This document shows positions 47,376 to 55,082 of a stretch of 55,082 bases of DNA, piece after piece; position 1 is the stretch's first letter, and the number at the start of each line of letters is the position of its first letter. The stretch spans positions 1-55,082 of the IMG/VR virus record IMGVR_UViG_3300025890_003136. The stretch is one strand, 5' to 3'. The position numbers were made by a program, and so were the translations under genes. The DNA comes from a virus (Duplodnaviria > Caudoviricetes). Under the pieces are notes generated by a model. The model had not been told where the DNA came from, searched no databases, and worked only from the letters and a program-made list of their open reading frames with translations.

Positions 47376-47609
47376 TTAACCTGGAAATTTTAATAACAGT
47401 ACAACAATGGTGGATAACAGTCCAGCAACTATTGTGCCTGTTGCACCGATGATCACTTTCACCATGCTCTTGTTGCCATGTTGAATGTCGGTGTGGATAT
47501 CTTCAACCTTCTCCTCAATTTTATCCAAACGAGTTTCAAGGTTTTTATATCTTTGTTCACACAAATCAACGTGTGCTTCTAAATTTTGTTTTTCTAGCTC
47601 TGTAGCCAT
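47376..47609 (-). CDS. Coiled-coil protein with C-terminal TM (XhlA/holin-like)
   Basis: LEAHVDLCEQRY..L..RL..IE.KV plus hydrophobic tail. Confidence 0.6.
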   Translation of the reverse strand: MATELEKQNLEAHVDLCEQRYKNLETRLDKIEEKVEDIHTDIQHGNKSMVKVIIGATGTIVAGLLSTIVVLLLKFPG

Positions 47610-47712
47610 TTTCTCTCTCTTCCGGTTATTGTATCAATTTTATTTCTCTTGGAAGATGCCTATTATATTATGCCTCATTAAGCCTTATACTTGTATTTAT
47701 ATAGTGTTTATG

Positions 47713-48117
47713 TTAGTTATCTAACTGTTTAATGAACATGATGTTGGTATGGTCCGTGTCCATGGTTCTGTACACACCTGTTTTTATATTAATTGATTCG
47801 TCCAAACCGATCACCATTGGAACCAAATCAAAATCTTGTTTCAGTGAATCCACATTTACAGCATCAGGAAAATCGGGTTCAACTATGGCTGTCCACACCA
47901 TGTGTTCTCCCTGATGGTTGTCACCAAATCTCAAATTGGTAATGTCTTGTCGTTCTGCTGTGGGTCCTGACACAATGTTCATATTGGATCGCAGTTGCAA
48001 AGAATTTTCAAATGTCATGTAGTTGCTGAATTGTTCAATTGTCTTACTGTCTTTGTCACGATCACGACGAGCTCCAGTTTTTGTTAAATCTAATAATGAT
48101 AAAATTTTGTATCTCAT
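47713..48117 (-). CDS. Hypothetical protein
   Basis: 134-aa ORF; D.T.TG..R, DFDLVP...LDE. Confidence 0.6.
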   Translation of the reverse strand: MRYKILSLLDLTKTGARRDRDKDSKTIEQFSNYMTFENSLQLRSNMNIVSGPTAERQDITNLRFGDNHQGEHMVWTAIVEPDFPDAVNVDSLKQDFDLVPMVIGLDESINIKTGVYRTMDTDHTNIMFIKQLDN

Positions 48118-48153
48118 ATGCTGTTGTTCCTAGCACATATACTTATAAGTCGT

Positions 48154-48188
48154 AAAAAAAGAGCGTCCAGTTTCCTGAACGCTCTTTT
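48154..48188 (-). terminator. Intrinsic terminator
   Basis: AAAAGAGCGT...ACGCTCTTTT with long U-tract on minus strand. Confidence 0.8.
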
Positions 48189-48219
48189 AATATTAAAGTT
48201 ATTAAACTTATAACAACTA

Positions 48220-48552
48220 TTAAGTTGCTACAAATCCGTCTAAGTCTCTTGCTGTAACTGTCGCAGAAGATAAGTTGATTGAATCAACTGTACCCATTGC
48301 TCTTAATGTTACTTGCATAGAAGCCGCTGTATTTTGCGAACTGTCTACTAGCATAAAGATTTTACCTGCTGTACCTGTTGATACAGTAGCGATTGGTTGT
48401 AGTGCTTGGTTGATTGCTTCAACAGTTGAACCGATTCCACCTTTTGAAGTTAAATTAACTAAAGCGTCTACTTCCATACCTTGGATGTTTGCAGTACTAT
48501 AATTAGTACCGTGTACATGACCTAAGCCATTTGTTCTTGTTACTGATGCCAT
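48220..48552 (-). CDS. Small late protein, probably an abundant structural/decoration protein
   Basis: MASVTRTNG...; own TATAAATA promoter, AAGGAG SD and terminator. Confidence 0.65.
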   Translation of the reverse strand: MASVTRTNGLGHVHGTNYSTANIQGMEVDALVNLTSKGGIGSTVEAINQALQPIATVSTGTAGKIFMLVDSSQNTAASMQVTLRAMGTVDSINLSSATVTARDLDGFVAT

Positions 48553-48609
48553 TTTTTTTCTCCTTTTTATCGTTAAATGACACACTTCGCTCCGAAGTGT
48601 ATATGCAAG

Positions 48610-48617
48610 TATTTATA
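48610..48617 (-). promoter_or_regulatory. T4-type late promoter
   Basis: Exact TATAAATA; followed by leader hairpin ACACTTCG-gag-CGAAGTGT. Confidence 0.7.
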
Positions 48618-48647
48618 AGGTTTTGGTATTAATTGTGTGGTAATATA

Positions 48648-49553
48648 TTATTTACGGCTCTTTTTGGCTCTAGATTGCAGTGCTTTTAACACACTCACAT
48701 AAGAAGGGCCTGCTTTCACAATATCGTCAATTAATTGTATTGCTGGCAGATATGCCTGCACAATTGAAGAAGGTATTGATTTGCCTGACAGTGCTGAATC
48801 TATAAAACGTTTCACTGCCACTAGATTTTTGCCACCCATGATGTATCTGTACAGTGCAAGGTCTCTGCCTTGAGTACTCACATCTGGCACACTCACTTTA
48901 GGTTCAGCATCATCCACTCTGCCTGTTTCAAGATTTCTATCTGAGGCTAATTTTTCTAGATGTTCTATGCTGTCTGAACTTCTCAATTTGGCTCTTGCGG
49001 CATGAAGCAGTCTTGTCACAAGGTTTTGTTTGTCACGTGTAGACAGTGTGTTGAATTGAAACAAACTTCTTCTGATTGTTTTGTAATCTGTGTTTCTTAT
49101 GTTGAGTCCTGATTCTATGTTCAAGAACACCTGCATGATACTGGGTGCAATCAATCCTTGTTGCAGTGCTGACAAATATCTATTGAATGCCATTGTGGGG
49201 AATCTGCTTTTCTTCCTCATTGCTTTGGCACTGTCTGGATCTTTCAGTTTGTCCAGTGCTTCATCGTCACCTGTCACAAAATACACAAAATTGTACAAAT
49301 CTGTTGAATACATTCTAAATCTATCATAGTTTGAATGTTTTGTTTCTCTGGAATATTTGGAAGCCAACTGTCTGTATGTGGGATATTGATTTAATAGTTG
49401 CATGATCAACAATGTCAAATACAATCTTTCAGCACAATCTGTGAAGGTAAGGATCTTCTGGTCCTTTGAATCACGAGTCATACGTGCTTCAAACAATGAA
49501 CTTAAAAAGTCCAATTGATTAGTAGTTGCTAGGTTCTGCTTTGTCGATTCCAT
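48648..49553 (-). CDS. Hypothetical head-cluster protein
   Basis: LFEARM, YSRET...FR...TDLYN; start uncertain. Confidence 0.6.
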   Translation of the reverse strand: MESTKQNLATTNQLDFLSSLFEARMTRDSKDQKILTFTDCAERLYLTLLIMQLLNQYPTYRQLASKYSRETKHSNYDRFRMYSTDLYNFVYFVTGDDEALDKLKDPDSAKAMRKKSRFPTMAFNRYLSALQQGLIAPSIMQVFLNIESGLNIRNTDYKTIRRSLFQFNTLSTRDKQNLVTRLLHAARAKLRSSDSIEHLEKLASDRNLETGRVDDAEPKVSVPDVSTQGRDLALYRYIMGGKNLVAVKRFIDSALSGKSIPSSIVQAYLPAIQLIDDIVKAGPSYVSVLKALQSRAKKSRK

Positions 49554-49893
49554 ATGTAGACACAAATAGTTGTACCATGTCATCTGCTTGTAAATATTTT
49601 TCAAGTGTTTGACTTTGTTGAAGATCTTTTGTAAACTGTGATTTCACCTGAGGTTTTACTGTGGGTGCAGTTAACAATCTTCTCAACAGTGTGGCTTGCT
49701 TAAATGTAACTTTAAATTTTTTGCCATCATCTGTTGTCACTGTGTCCAATGGATTTGGATTGCCTTGACTGTCCAATATTTTCCCCAATTGATTGAATAT
49801 AGAATCCTGTTTGAATTCTCTATCCATTCCTGAATTTGGATCATCTGCTGGATCTATGTCTTTAAACTCTTTTATAAATTCTTTTGCTTTCAT
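49519..49893 (-). CDS. Putative internal head protein
   Basis: MKAKEFIKE; QL.K..D......V...DG; AAGGAG SD and TAAATA upstream. Confidence 0.6.
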   Translation of the reverse strand: MKAKEFIKEFKDIDPADDPNSGMDREFKQDSIFNQLGKILDSQGNPNPLDTVTTDDGKKFKVTFKQATLLRRLLTAPTVKPQVKSQFTKDLQQSQTLEKYLQADDMVQLFVSTYGIDKAEPSNY

Positions 49894-49903
49894 GTTGTTC
49901 TCC

Positions 49904-51037
49904 TTATCTATTTATCGCTCTGTTGGCTTTACTGAAGCCAGAACGTTTCACTAATTTAATATTACCTTCAGGTGAACCCAACACATAGCCTTCACCGCCT
50001 GGTTTGCCATTGATTGTTGCTGTGATATCTCCTTGAGCCTGATCCAATTGATTGATGATTGAATCTTTAACTTTCATTATTCCGCCAACCAAAAACCATA
50101 GTTTGCTGAATGCTTGTACGTTTGCTTTTACATATTCTTTAATTTTGATTCTTTTGGGTTGACTCACAGCACTTGCCGCCAACCATTTAAGAAAATCATC
50201 TCCTAATCTGTTTAATCCTGTGTCCACTTTGCTGTTGGTATAAGTGTACAAAATATTAGGTAAATCTGTTAATTTCATTTCTGCTATTTTATTTTTGTTC
50301 AACAGGGTGTCTATTTCTGCTCCACTGTTGTTCACTATTGATTTCAATTGATCTACACCTTTAACTTGAATAGGATCTTTTTTATTCAGTGTTGTGGGTG
50401 GTATTGCCAACACACTGCCTTGAATAATATCTAAATCTTTAATGGGTAATATTTTTCCGTCCTCAGACAATGTGTGATGCACAACAACTCCTACGGTGCT
50501 GTTGCCAATTTTTTGTCCCATGTCGCTTGTAGAGTCCACAGCATATTCTACCACATTGGGTTTGAATACAAAATTGTTTCCTGCTTTTTTAGGAGTTTGA
50601 AAAAATAACATGTCTCCAACAAAATAACCTTGAAAGTTTTCAGGCACTGCTTGTTGCATAACATCAAACACTGAAGCCATTTTAGAAGCATACTGTGCCT
50701 GTGCTTTTCTTTTTGTAGGATCTTTTCCTCTGCCCATGATAGCACTTTTTAAATCTGCTGAGTTGGTTGCTCTCCCATCATAACCTTTTGCTACAAAACC
50801 TGACTTGTCTGTAAAAATAAATTCACCATTAGGATTTCTTCCAAACACCACAGCAGGTGAACCATCCCATTTGATTGTCAATGACTGTGTGCTTTGACTT
50901 AATGATTGTAATTGTTCTATTGCTCTGATGGCTCCTTTAGAACCTTCCCAGAAAATTAAATCTTCTGCGTGTTGTATTCTTGATTCTTTAAGAATCAAAT
51001 TCTTTTTGTCTACCTGTTTAAATTCTACCAGTCTCAT
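49904..51037 (-). CDS. RNA-ligase-like (KxDG) nucleotidyltransferase, DUF6267-like
   Basis: HAEDL, IKWDGSPA, TDKSGF, GDMLF, GEGYV, KLVKR..FS..N; start ATG 51037. Confidence 0.65.
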   Translation of the reverse strand: MRLVEFKQVDKKNLILKESRIQHAEDLIFWEGSKGAIRAIEQLQSLSQSTQSLTIKWDGSPAVVFGRNPNGEFIFTDKSGFVAKGYDGRATNSADLKSAIMGRGKDPTKRKAQAQYASKMASVFDVMQQAVPENFQGYFVGDMLFFQTPKKAGNNFVFKPNVVEYAVDSTSDMGQKIGNSTVGVVVHHTLSEDGKILPIKDLDIIQGSVLAIPPTTLNKKDPIQVKGVDQLKSIVNNSGAEIDTLLNKNKIAEMKLTDLPNILYTYTNSKVDTGLNRLGDDFLKWLAASAVSQPKRIKIKEYVKANVQAFSKLWFLVGGIMKVKDSIINQLDQAQGDITATINGKPGGEGYVLGSPEGNIKLVKRSGFSKANRAINR

Positions 51038-51783
51038 ATTTTTATTTTGTTTAATAATGTTCTGTACCAACCAATTGGATCATGTATACTCTCTGGCAAC
51101 GTTTTGCCCATCTTGGCAAATGAATCTTTTACGTCTGCTACCAACGTATCATAATCTGATCTGTCTTTTATTTTTGCATGAATAGTTTCCACAGTGTTTA
51201 AATCATTTGCTGTTGCACCTTTGCCCAACAACAGTTCAGCAATCTTGTTAGGATCTTTTGTGATAGGTTCGTTGGTGTCTCTTGCTAATAGTCCTGCTTT
51301 GTGACTCCATTTGTATCCAAGTGGTTTGGCAATTGATGACATCATCACGTGTCTGTCTGCCCCTTTGTATGGTGATCCAGGCTCGCCACCTTGAAGACTC
51401 CATCTCATCCATTCAGGATCTCCAAACATCAAATCTGATTGAACGTATCCGTTTTTTGCACTGCCTCTGATGGGAGTTTTAAAATGCACACTGATGCCAC
51501 TTTTCTTTACCCACAGTTTAGGATCTTGTTTGTTTTGTATAGCCCATTGATTCAATTTGTCTGCCAGTTGATCTTTTGAAATCTTATTTTGATCTACTGC
51601 AACATCCAAGTCACCAGATGTAGGTGCTTTGCCTGTTGTGCCCAACATGTTAGTTTGTAAATCTAATCCTGTAATTTTTTCTAACCAGGCAAGTGTGGGA
51701 GCCACATCTGCTTGATTAATTCGTTGAGTGGCTAATTGTCCATTAGGATCTTTGAATACATTGCCGCCTTCTTTAAGAATCAT
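51034..51783 (-). CDS. Pol-beta-family nucleotidyltransferase
   Basis: LGTTGK..SGDLDVAVD and VQSDLMF (third Asp); start ATG 51783. Confidence 0.7.
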   Translation of the reverse strand: MILKEGGNVFKDPNGQLATQRINQADVAPTLAWLEKITGLDLQTNMLGTTGKAPTSGDLDVAVDQNKISKDQLADKLNQWAIQNKQDPKLWVKKSGISVHFKTPIRGSAKNGYVQSDLMFGDPEWMRWSLQGGEPGSPYKGADRHVMMSSIAKPLGYKWSHKAGLLARDTNEPITKDPNKIAELLLGKGATANDLNTVETIHAKIKDRSDYDTLVADVKDSFAKMGKTLPESIHDPIGWYRTLLNKIKI

Positions 51784-52036
51784 TTGACTTTTTGCTTTCA
51801 ATTATCTTTTTTACACCCACTTGAAACTTTTTTGCTTCTCTGTTGCGAATACTGTTTAAAAAACGTCTTTCAAGTTCCTGTGCTTGTTCTTCAGGATAAT
51901 TTTCACTTATTGTTTGTAGTAAATTCACAGCACTTTCAATGATGTTGGATCCTGTAGTTTCAATAAATGCTTCAGCATCATCAACTCTACCGATGTTTCT
52001 CAACTCATCTAATATGCTTCTGGTACGTTTTTTCAT
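51773..52036 (-). CDS. Hypothetical helical protein
   Basis: TRSILDEL..NIIESA.NL..LERR..NSI. Confidence 0.65.
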   Translation of the reverse strand: MKKRTRSILDELRNIGRVDDAEAFIETTGSNIIESAVNLLQTISENYPEEQAQELERRFLNSIRNREAKKFQVGVKKIIESKKSNDS

Positions 52037-52169
52037 AATTTTTTGCCTACTTTTTATTATTTACCGATTAAATCATAATAATAATGTATGTAGCGATAGT
52101 ATAGCAGTTGTATTTTTGGTTGTCAATCTATAAATTTTTGCCTATAATACATAGATAAATACACACATA

Positions 52170-52451
52170 ATGACACAGTTTTTTACAATGGTTGCAGAAT
52201 TAGGGCTCCCAATTGCCGCCACAGTGGGCATGGGAGTGTTCATACTGTTCATAATCAAGTACATCTTGAACGGCATAGTGAACTCTATCAAGTTTATTGA
52301 AAGTGTGATATCACAGTTGGACAACAGGATTAAAACCATGAACAATGACATATTGAAAATTGATCAGGAAGTATCTGAAAAACTGGGCATTCCAATAGAC
52401 ACAGACAGAGTTGCTAGAGCAGATGGTAAAACAGATGCCCGAAAGGATTAA
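52170..52451 (+). CDS. Small membrane protein (TM plus coiled coil)
   Basis: LGLPIA..G.FI..I; LDNRIKTMNND; RADGK.DARKD. Confidence 0.7.
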   Translation: MTQFFTMVAELGLPIAATVGMGVFILFIIKYILNGIVNSIKFIESVISQLDNRIKTMNNDILKIDQEVSEKLGIPIDTDRVARADGKTDARKD

Positions 52452-52672
52452 TGGATATTGTTGCTCTGATAAATGATTATGGATTTCCTACTGTTGCTGT
52501 GTTCTTTCTAGCATACTTCATCTACTTCCTTTGGAAATTTATTACAACGCAAATCACTCCTAAATTGAATTCAACATCAGCCACATTGATCAAACTGATA
52601 GACAGAGTGCGTATGTTGGATAATGATCTTATAAGATTGAGAACCAAAGTAAAAACTTTTAAGAAGAAGTAA
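52451..52672 (+). CDS. Small membrane protein, paralogue of the upstream gene
   Basis: YGFP..A..YFIYF.W; LIDRVRMLDND; TAATG coupling. Confidence 0.7.
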   Translation: MDIVALINDYGFPTVAVFFLAYFIYFLWKFITTQITPKLNSTSATLIKLIDRVRMLDNDLIRLRTKVKTFKKK

Positions 52673-54590
52673 TAGTATAAACTTTAATAGATTCTGTTTT
52701 ACCTTTTACAGTGATGCTGTCTATGTATTCAAAACGATACATGGTTTCAATTGTGTGTCTTGTGTCTTCACCAATCACAATAGTTTTTTTCAATGTTTTA
52801 CTAGAACTTTCTAATCTTGATGCTAGGTTCACTGCATCACCAATCACAGAATAATCAAACCTTTGTTCTGATCCCATGTTGCCTACCAATGCATCACCAG
52901 TGTTAATTCCAATTCCTATATTGATTTGAGGCAGTCCTTCTGCTTGTAGTTGTACATTTAATTCTGCCAGTGCTATTGTCATTTGTATTGCACTCTTGAC
53001 TGCCAACTCTCTGTGCTTTTTGTTTTCAATAGGTGCGTTCCAGAATGCCATGATGCAGTCGCCCATAAACTTGTCTATGGTTCCACCATTTGAGATTATA
53101 ACATCTGTCATGCGTGTTAAGAATCTGTTGATCAGTTTGGTCAGTCCTTCAGGATTGCCTTTGTACTGTTCGCTGATAGGAGTGAAGCCTCTGATGTCAC
53201 AGAATAGGAATGTCATGTTTCTTGTTTCACCACCCAGTTTCAACAATGAAGGATCCTTCTGTAGTTTCTTCACCATGCCAGGATCCAAGTAGTGTTCAAA
53301 CTGTTTCTTGATCTGTTGTCTTAATCTGCTCTGTGTGGCAAAGTTGTTGTACACAGAATGAGACCAAATCAAAAACACAGACAACATGATCCATGATGGG
53401 TCTATCAAAAATCCTTTGTTTGCATATGCCATGAATGCTCCGTAAGCCACTCCAGTCTCAACAAACAACAACAATGGCACAGCCAACAACACACTGGTTC
53501 TTGGTATCACGATGATCAACAGCAACAACAGAAATGCCATGAACATGATCTCATGTGTGTCTGCTTGTGGTGTACGCAACAAAAATTTTGCTGTCAACAG
53601 TGTGTCCAATGCCTGAGCACTTATGTTTTGATCTGTTGTCAATCCGTGTGGTGTGTATTTCAACACACTCAATCCTGCGGCATCTAAACCAACAATGATC
53701 ACTCTGCCTTTAATTTTGTTTTCGTTGAACTTGCCTGATAGTATGTCTGTGGCTGACATCTGTATGTAATTGTTTGGGTCAGCATAGTTGATGTACATCT
53801 CAGCATTGTGATTCACAGGCACGCCTGCCTTCTTGCTGACTAGCACTTCGTCTATGCCATGAGGTTTTGCAATCACTTTAATTCTTTTTGATCCATTCAA
53901 CAATCTAACATTTTCTAATATCATACTGGGATATATCTTTCCGCCGATTCTTATCAGCATAGGTATCTTTCTGACCACAGCATCAGGTTCAGGTGACGTC
54001 ACATTGACTCCCATGCCTGTTGCTCCTGCTGACACTTTTGGATATGGAGACACTATGCCTTCAAACTCATACAACCAAGGTTTCACATTGCCTTTTTCAA
54101 TTACTGGTGTTGCACTGGGTAGATTTGTGTCCGCAGTGTTCTTCACACTCATCATCAGTATTGCTCTCTTGGACTGTTTCAACACCGATGAGAACACCTG
54201 ATCAGTGTCCAACAATATCTGTTCCAATTGCTTTCGTGTTTCTTCATCCATTGGCATGGAGTTCAAATATTGTTTGCTACCCATTCTGTCTGGCTCTGCG
54301 AACAGTATGTTGTAGTTGACCAATATTGCTCCTGCGTCTGATAGCCTAGCATGTAACATTGCCATCACGTGTCTGGGCCATGGCCATTGTCCGTATTTTT
54401 CCAGATCCTGTTCCGTGATGTTGACCACGGTGACGGCGTTGCTCACAGTCTTCCTGGGTTGGATCTTTTGAAAATGATCCCATGTCTTGTATCTTAAAAT
54501 TTTTACTGTGTCGCTGTTGTCGATCCTTATGCCTGTCAGCACCAAGGCAAACACCACAACCATCCAAATGCTAGTGAATATCCTCATCAC
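52659..54590 (-). CDS. CHASE2-domain class III adenylate cyclase
   Basis: YGQWPWPR CHASE2 motif; TMs; FCDIRGFT, DKFMGDCIMA, FDYSVIGDAVNLASRLE, VKGK. Confidence 0.92.
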   Translation of the reverse strand: MMRIFTSIWMVVVFALVLTGIRIDNSDTVKILRYKTWDHFQKIQPRKTVSNAVTVVNITEQDLEKYGQWPWPRHVMAMLHARLSDAGAILVNYNILFAEPDRMGSKQYLNSMPMDEETRKQLEQILLDTDQVFSSVLKQSKRAILMMSVKNTADTNLPSATPVIEKGNVKPWLYEFEGIVSPYPKVSAGATGMGVNVTSPEPDAVVRKIPMLIRIGGKIYPSMILENVRLLNGSKRIKVIAKPHGIDEVLVSKKAGVPVNHNAEMYINYADPNNYIQMSATDILSGKFNENKIKGRVIIVGLDAAGLSVLKYTPHGLTTDQNISAQALDTLLTAKFLLRTPQADTHEIMFMAFLLLLLIIVIPRTSVLLAVPLLLFVETGVAYGAFMAYANKGFLIDPSWIMLSVFLIWSHSVYNNFATQSRLRQQIKKQFEHYLDPGMVKKLQKDPSLLKLGGETRNMTFLFCDIRGFTPISEQYKGNPEGLTKLINRFLTRMTDVIISNGGTIDKFMGDCIMAFWNAPIENKKHRELAVKSAIQMTIALAELNVQLQAEGLPQINIGIGINTGDALVGNMGSEQRFDYSVIGDAVNLASRLESSSKTLKKTIVIGEDTRHTIETMYRFEYIDSITVKGKTESIKVYTITSS

Positions 54591-55082
54591 TATCTCTCCT
54601 GTAGGGCCATGCCTATTCCATTGTGGAAAGGTGTCGTCACGTAACTCAATATTGTACGTTCACCTGTTAGTATAAAAATGTGTACCTGCACACCTGGTAC
54701 AAGTTTGTACTGCATATCTCCATTTACAAATGTCTGCGAATCTAATTCTAGTTCTAGTTCATAGTAACTCATCATGTCAGTTTGCACAGCATCTGGTGAT
54801 ATCGAAACCAGTTTTGCTTCGATAGGTAGATATGTGAATGCTTCACTGCTTGCCAGTTTAATTTTTGCGGATTGTCCTACTTCAACATATCCTCTATCCT
54901 TAACCTGTAGTTGTCCTTGAACAATCAATGTTTGATCCAGTGGTACTAACACTGCCAAAGCATCACCTTGTTTAACAACTGATCCTGGATTTTTGTATGT
55001 GAGTTCTTGTATTCTGCCATCTATGTTTGCTTTGATATAGTAAGGCTCATATCCAACTCCTGGATTGATTGTGATTATGATA
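54590..55082 (-). CDS. HlyD-family membrane fusion protein (5' end outside window)
   Basis: IKANIDG.I, G.VV.QG, D.GYV.VGQ, ISPDA, PG..V...I.TG.RT.L.Y...P....ALQER; frame open to window edge. Confidence 0.8.
   Translation of the reverse strand, partial: IIITINPGVGYEPYYIKANIDGRIQELTYKNPGSVVKQGDALAVLVPLDQTLIVQGQLQVKDRGYVEVGQSAKIKLASSEAFTYLPIEAKLVSISPDAVQTDMMSYYELELELDSQTFVNGDMQYKLVPGVQVHIFILTGERTILSYVTTPFHNGIGMALQER

Noticed and set aside
452-54675. Many plus-strand and nested ORFs in the track (e.g. 1219-1554, 18329-18832, 29039-29806, 39968-40363)
   Set aside because: Antisense or off-frame shadows of well-supported genes
1-55082. Stop-codon reassignment
   Set aside because: Long genes are intact in the standard code, and TAA, TAG and TGA all end recognisable genes

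Overview
AT-rich, gene-dense segment of a large T4-like (myovirus-type) bacteriophage, with almost all genes on the minus strand. The host is most likely a marine alphaproteobacterium: the window has a permuted two-piece tmRNA, a pcyX-type bilin reductase and a DUF1178-like gene. Contents: giant tail fibre/baseplate genes; DNA metabolism genes (ATP-dependent ligase, NrdA/NrdB/glutaredoxin, UvsE, exonuclease, HNH, AAA ATPase); many auxiliary genes (IscA, NifU, SOD, QueD, four 2OG-Fe(II) oxygenases, HemO+PcyX, bS21, ClpP, ClpS, Hsp20, CspA, a SET-domain protein, an Hc1-like protein); a head/prohead-core cluster; and a CHASE2 adenylate cyclase with a truncated HlyD gene. Best signals found by hand: (1) two unrelated genes carry the same TCA-AAA-AAA-AAG slippery site followed by a start-less, protein-like -1 frame (candidate programmed frameshifts); (2) an unannotated permuted tmRNA with a 23-aa tag, alongside Clp and ribosomal genes; (3) a shared T4-like capsid-targeting N-terminus on SOD and near two nucleotidyltransferases; (4) widespread leaderless promoter architecture; (5) a ROSE-like thermometer on hsp20; (6) a SET + Hc1 pair; (7) an apparently hairpin-less HlyD. 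All family calls come from motif recognition, not database searches. Several starts were moved downstream from the ORF track by inspection.
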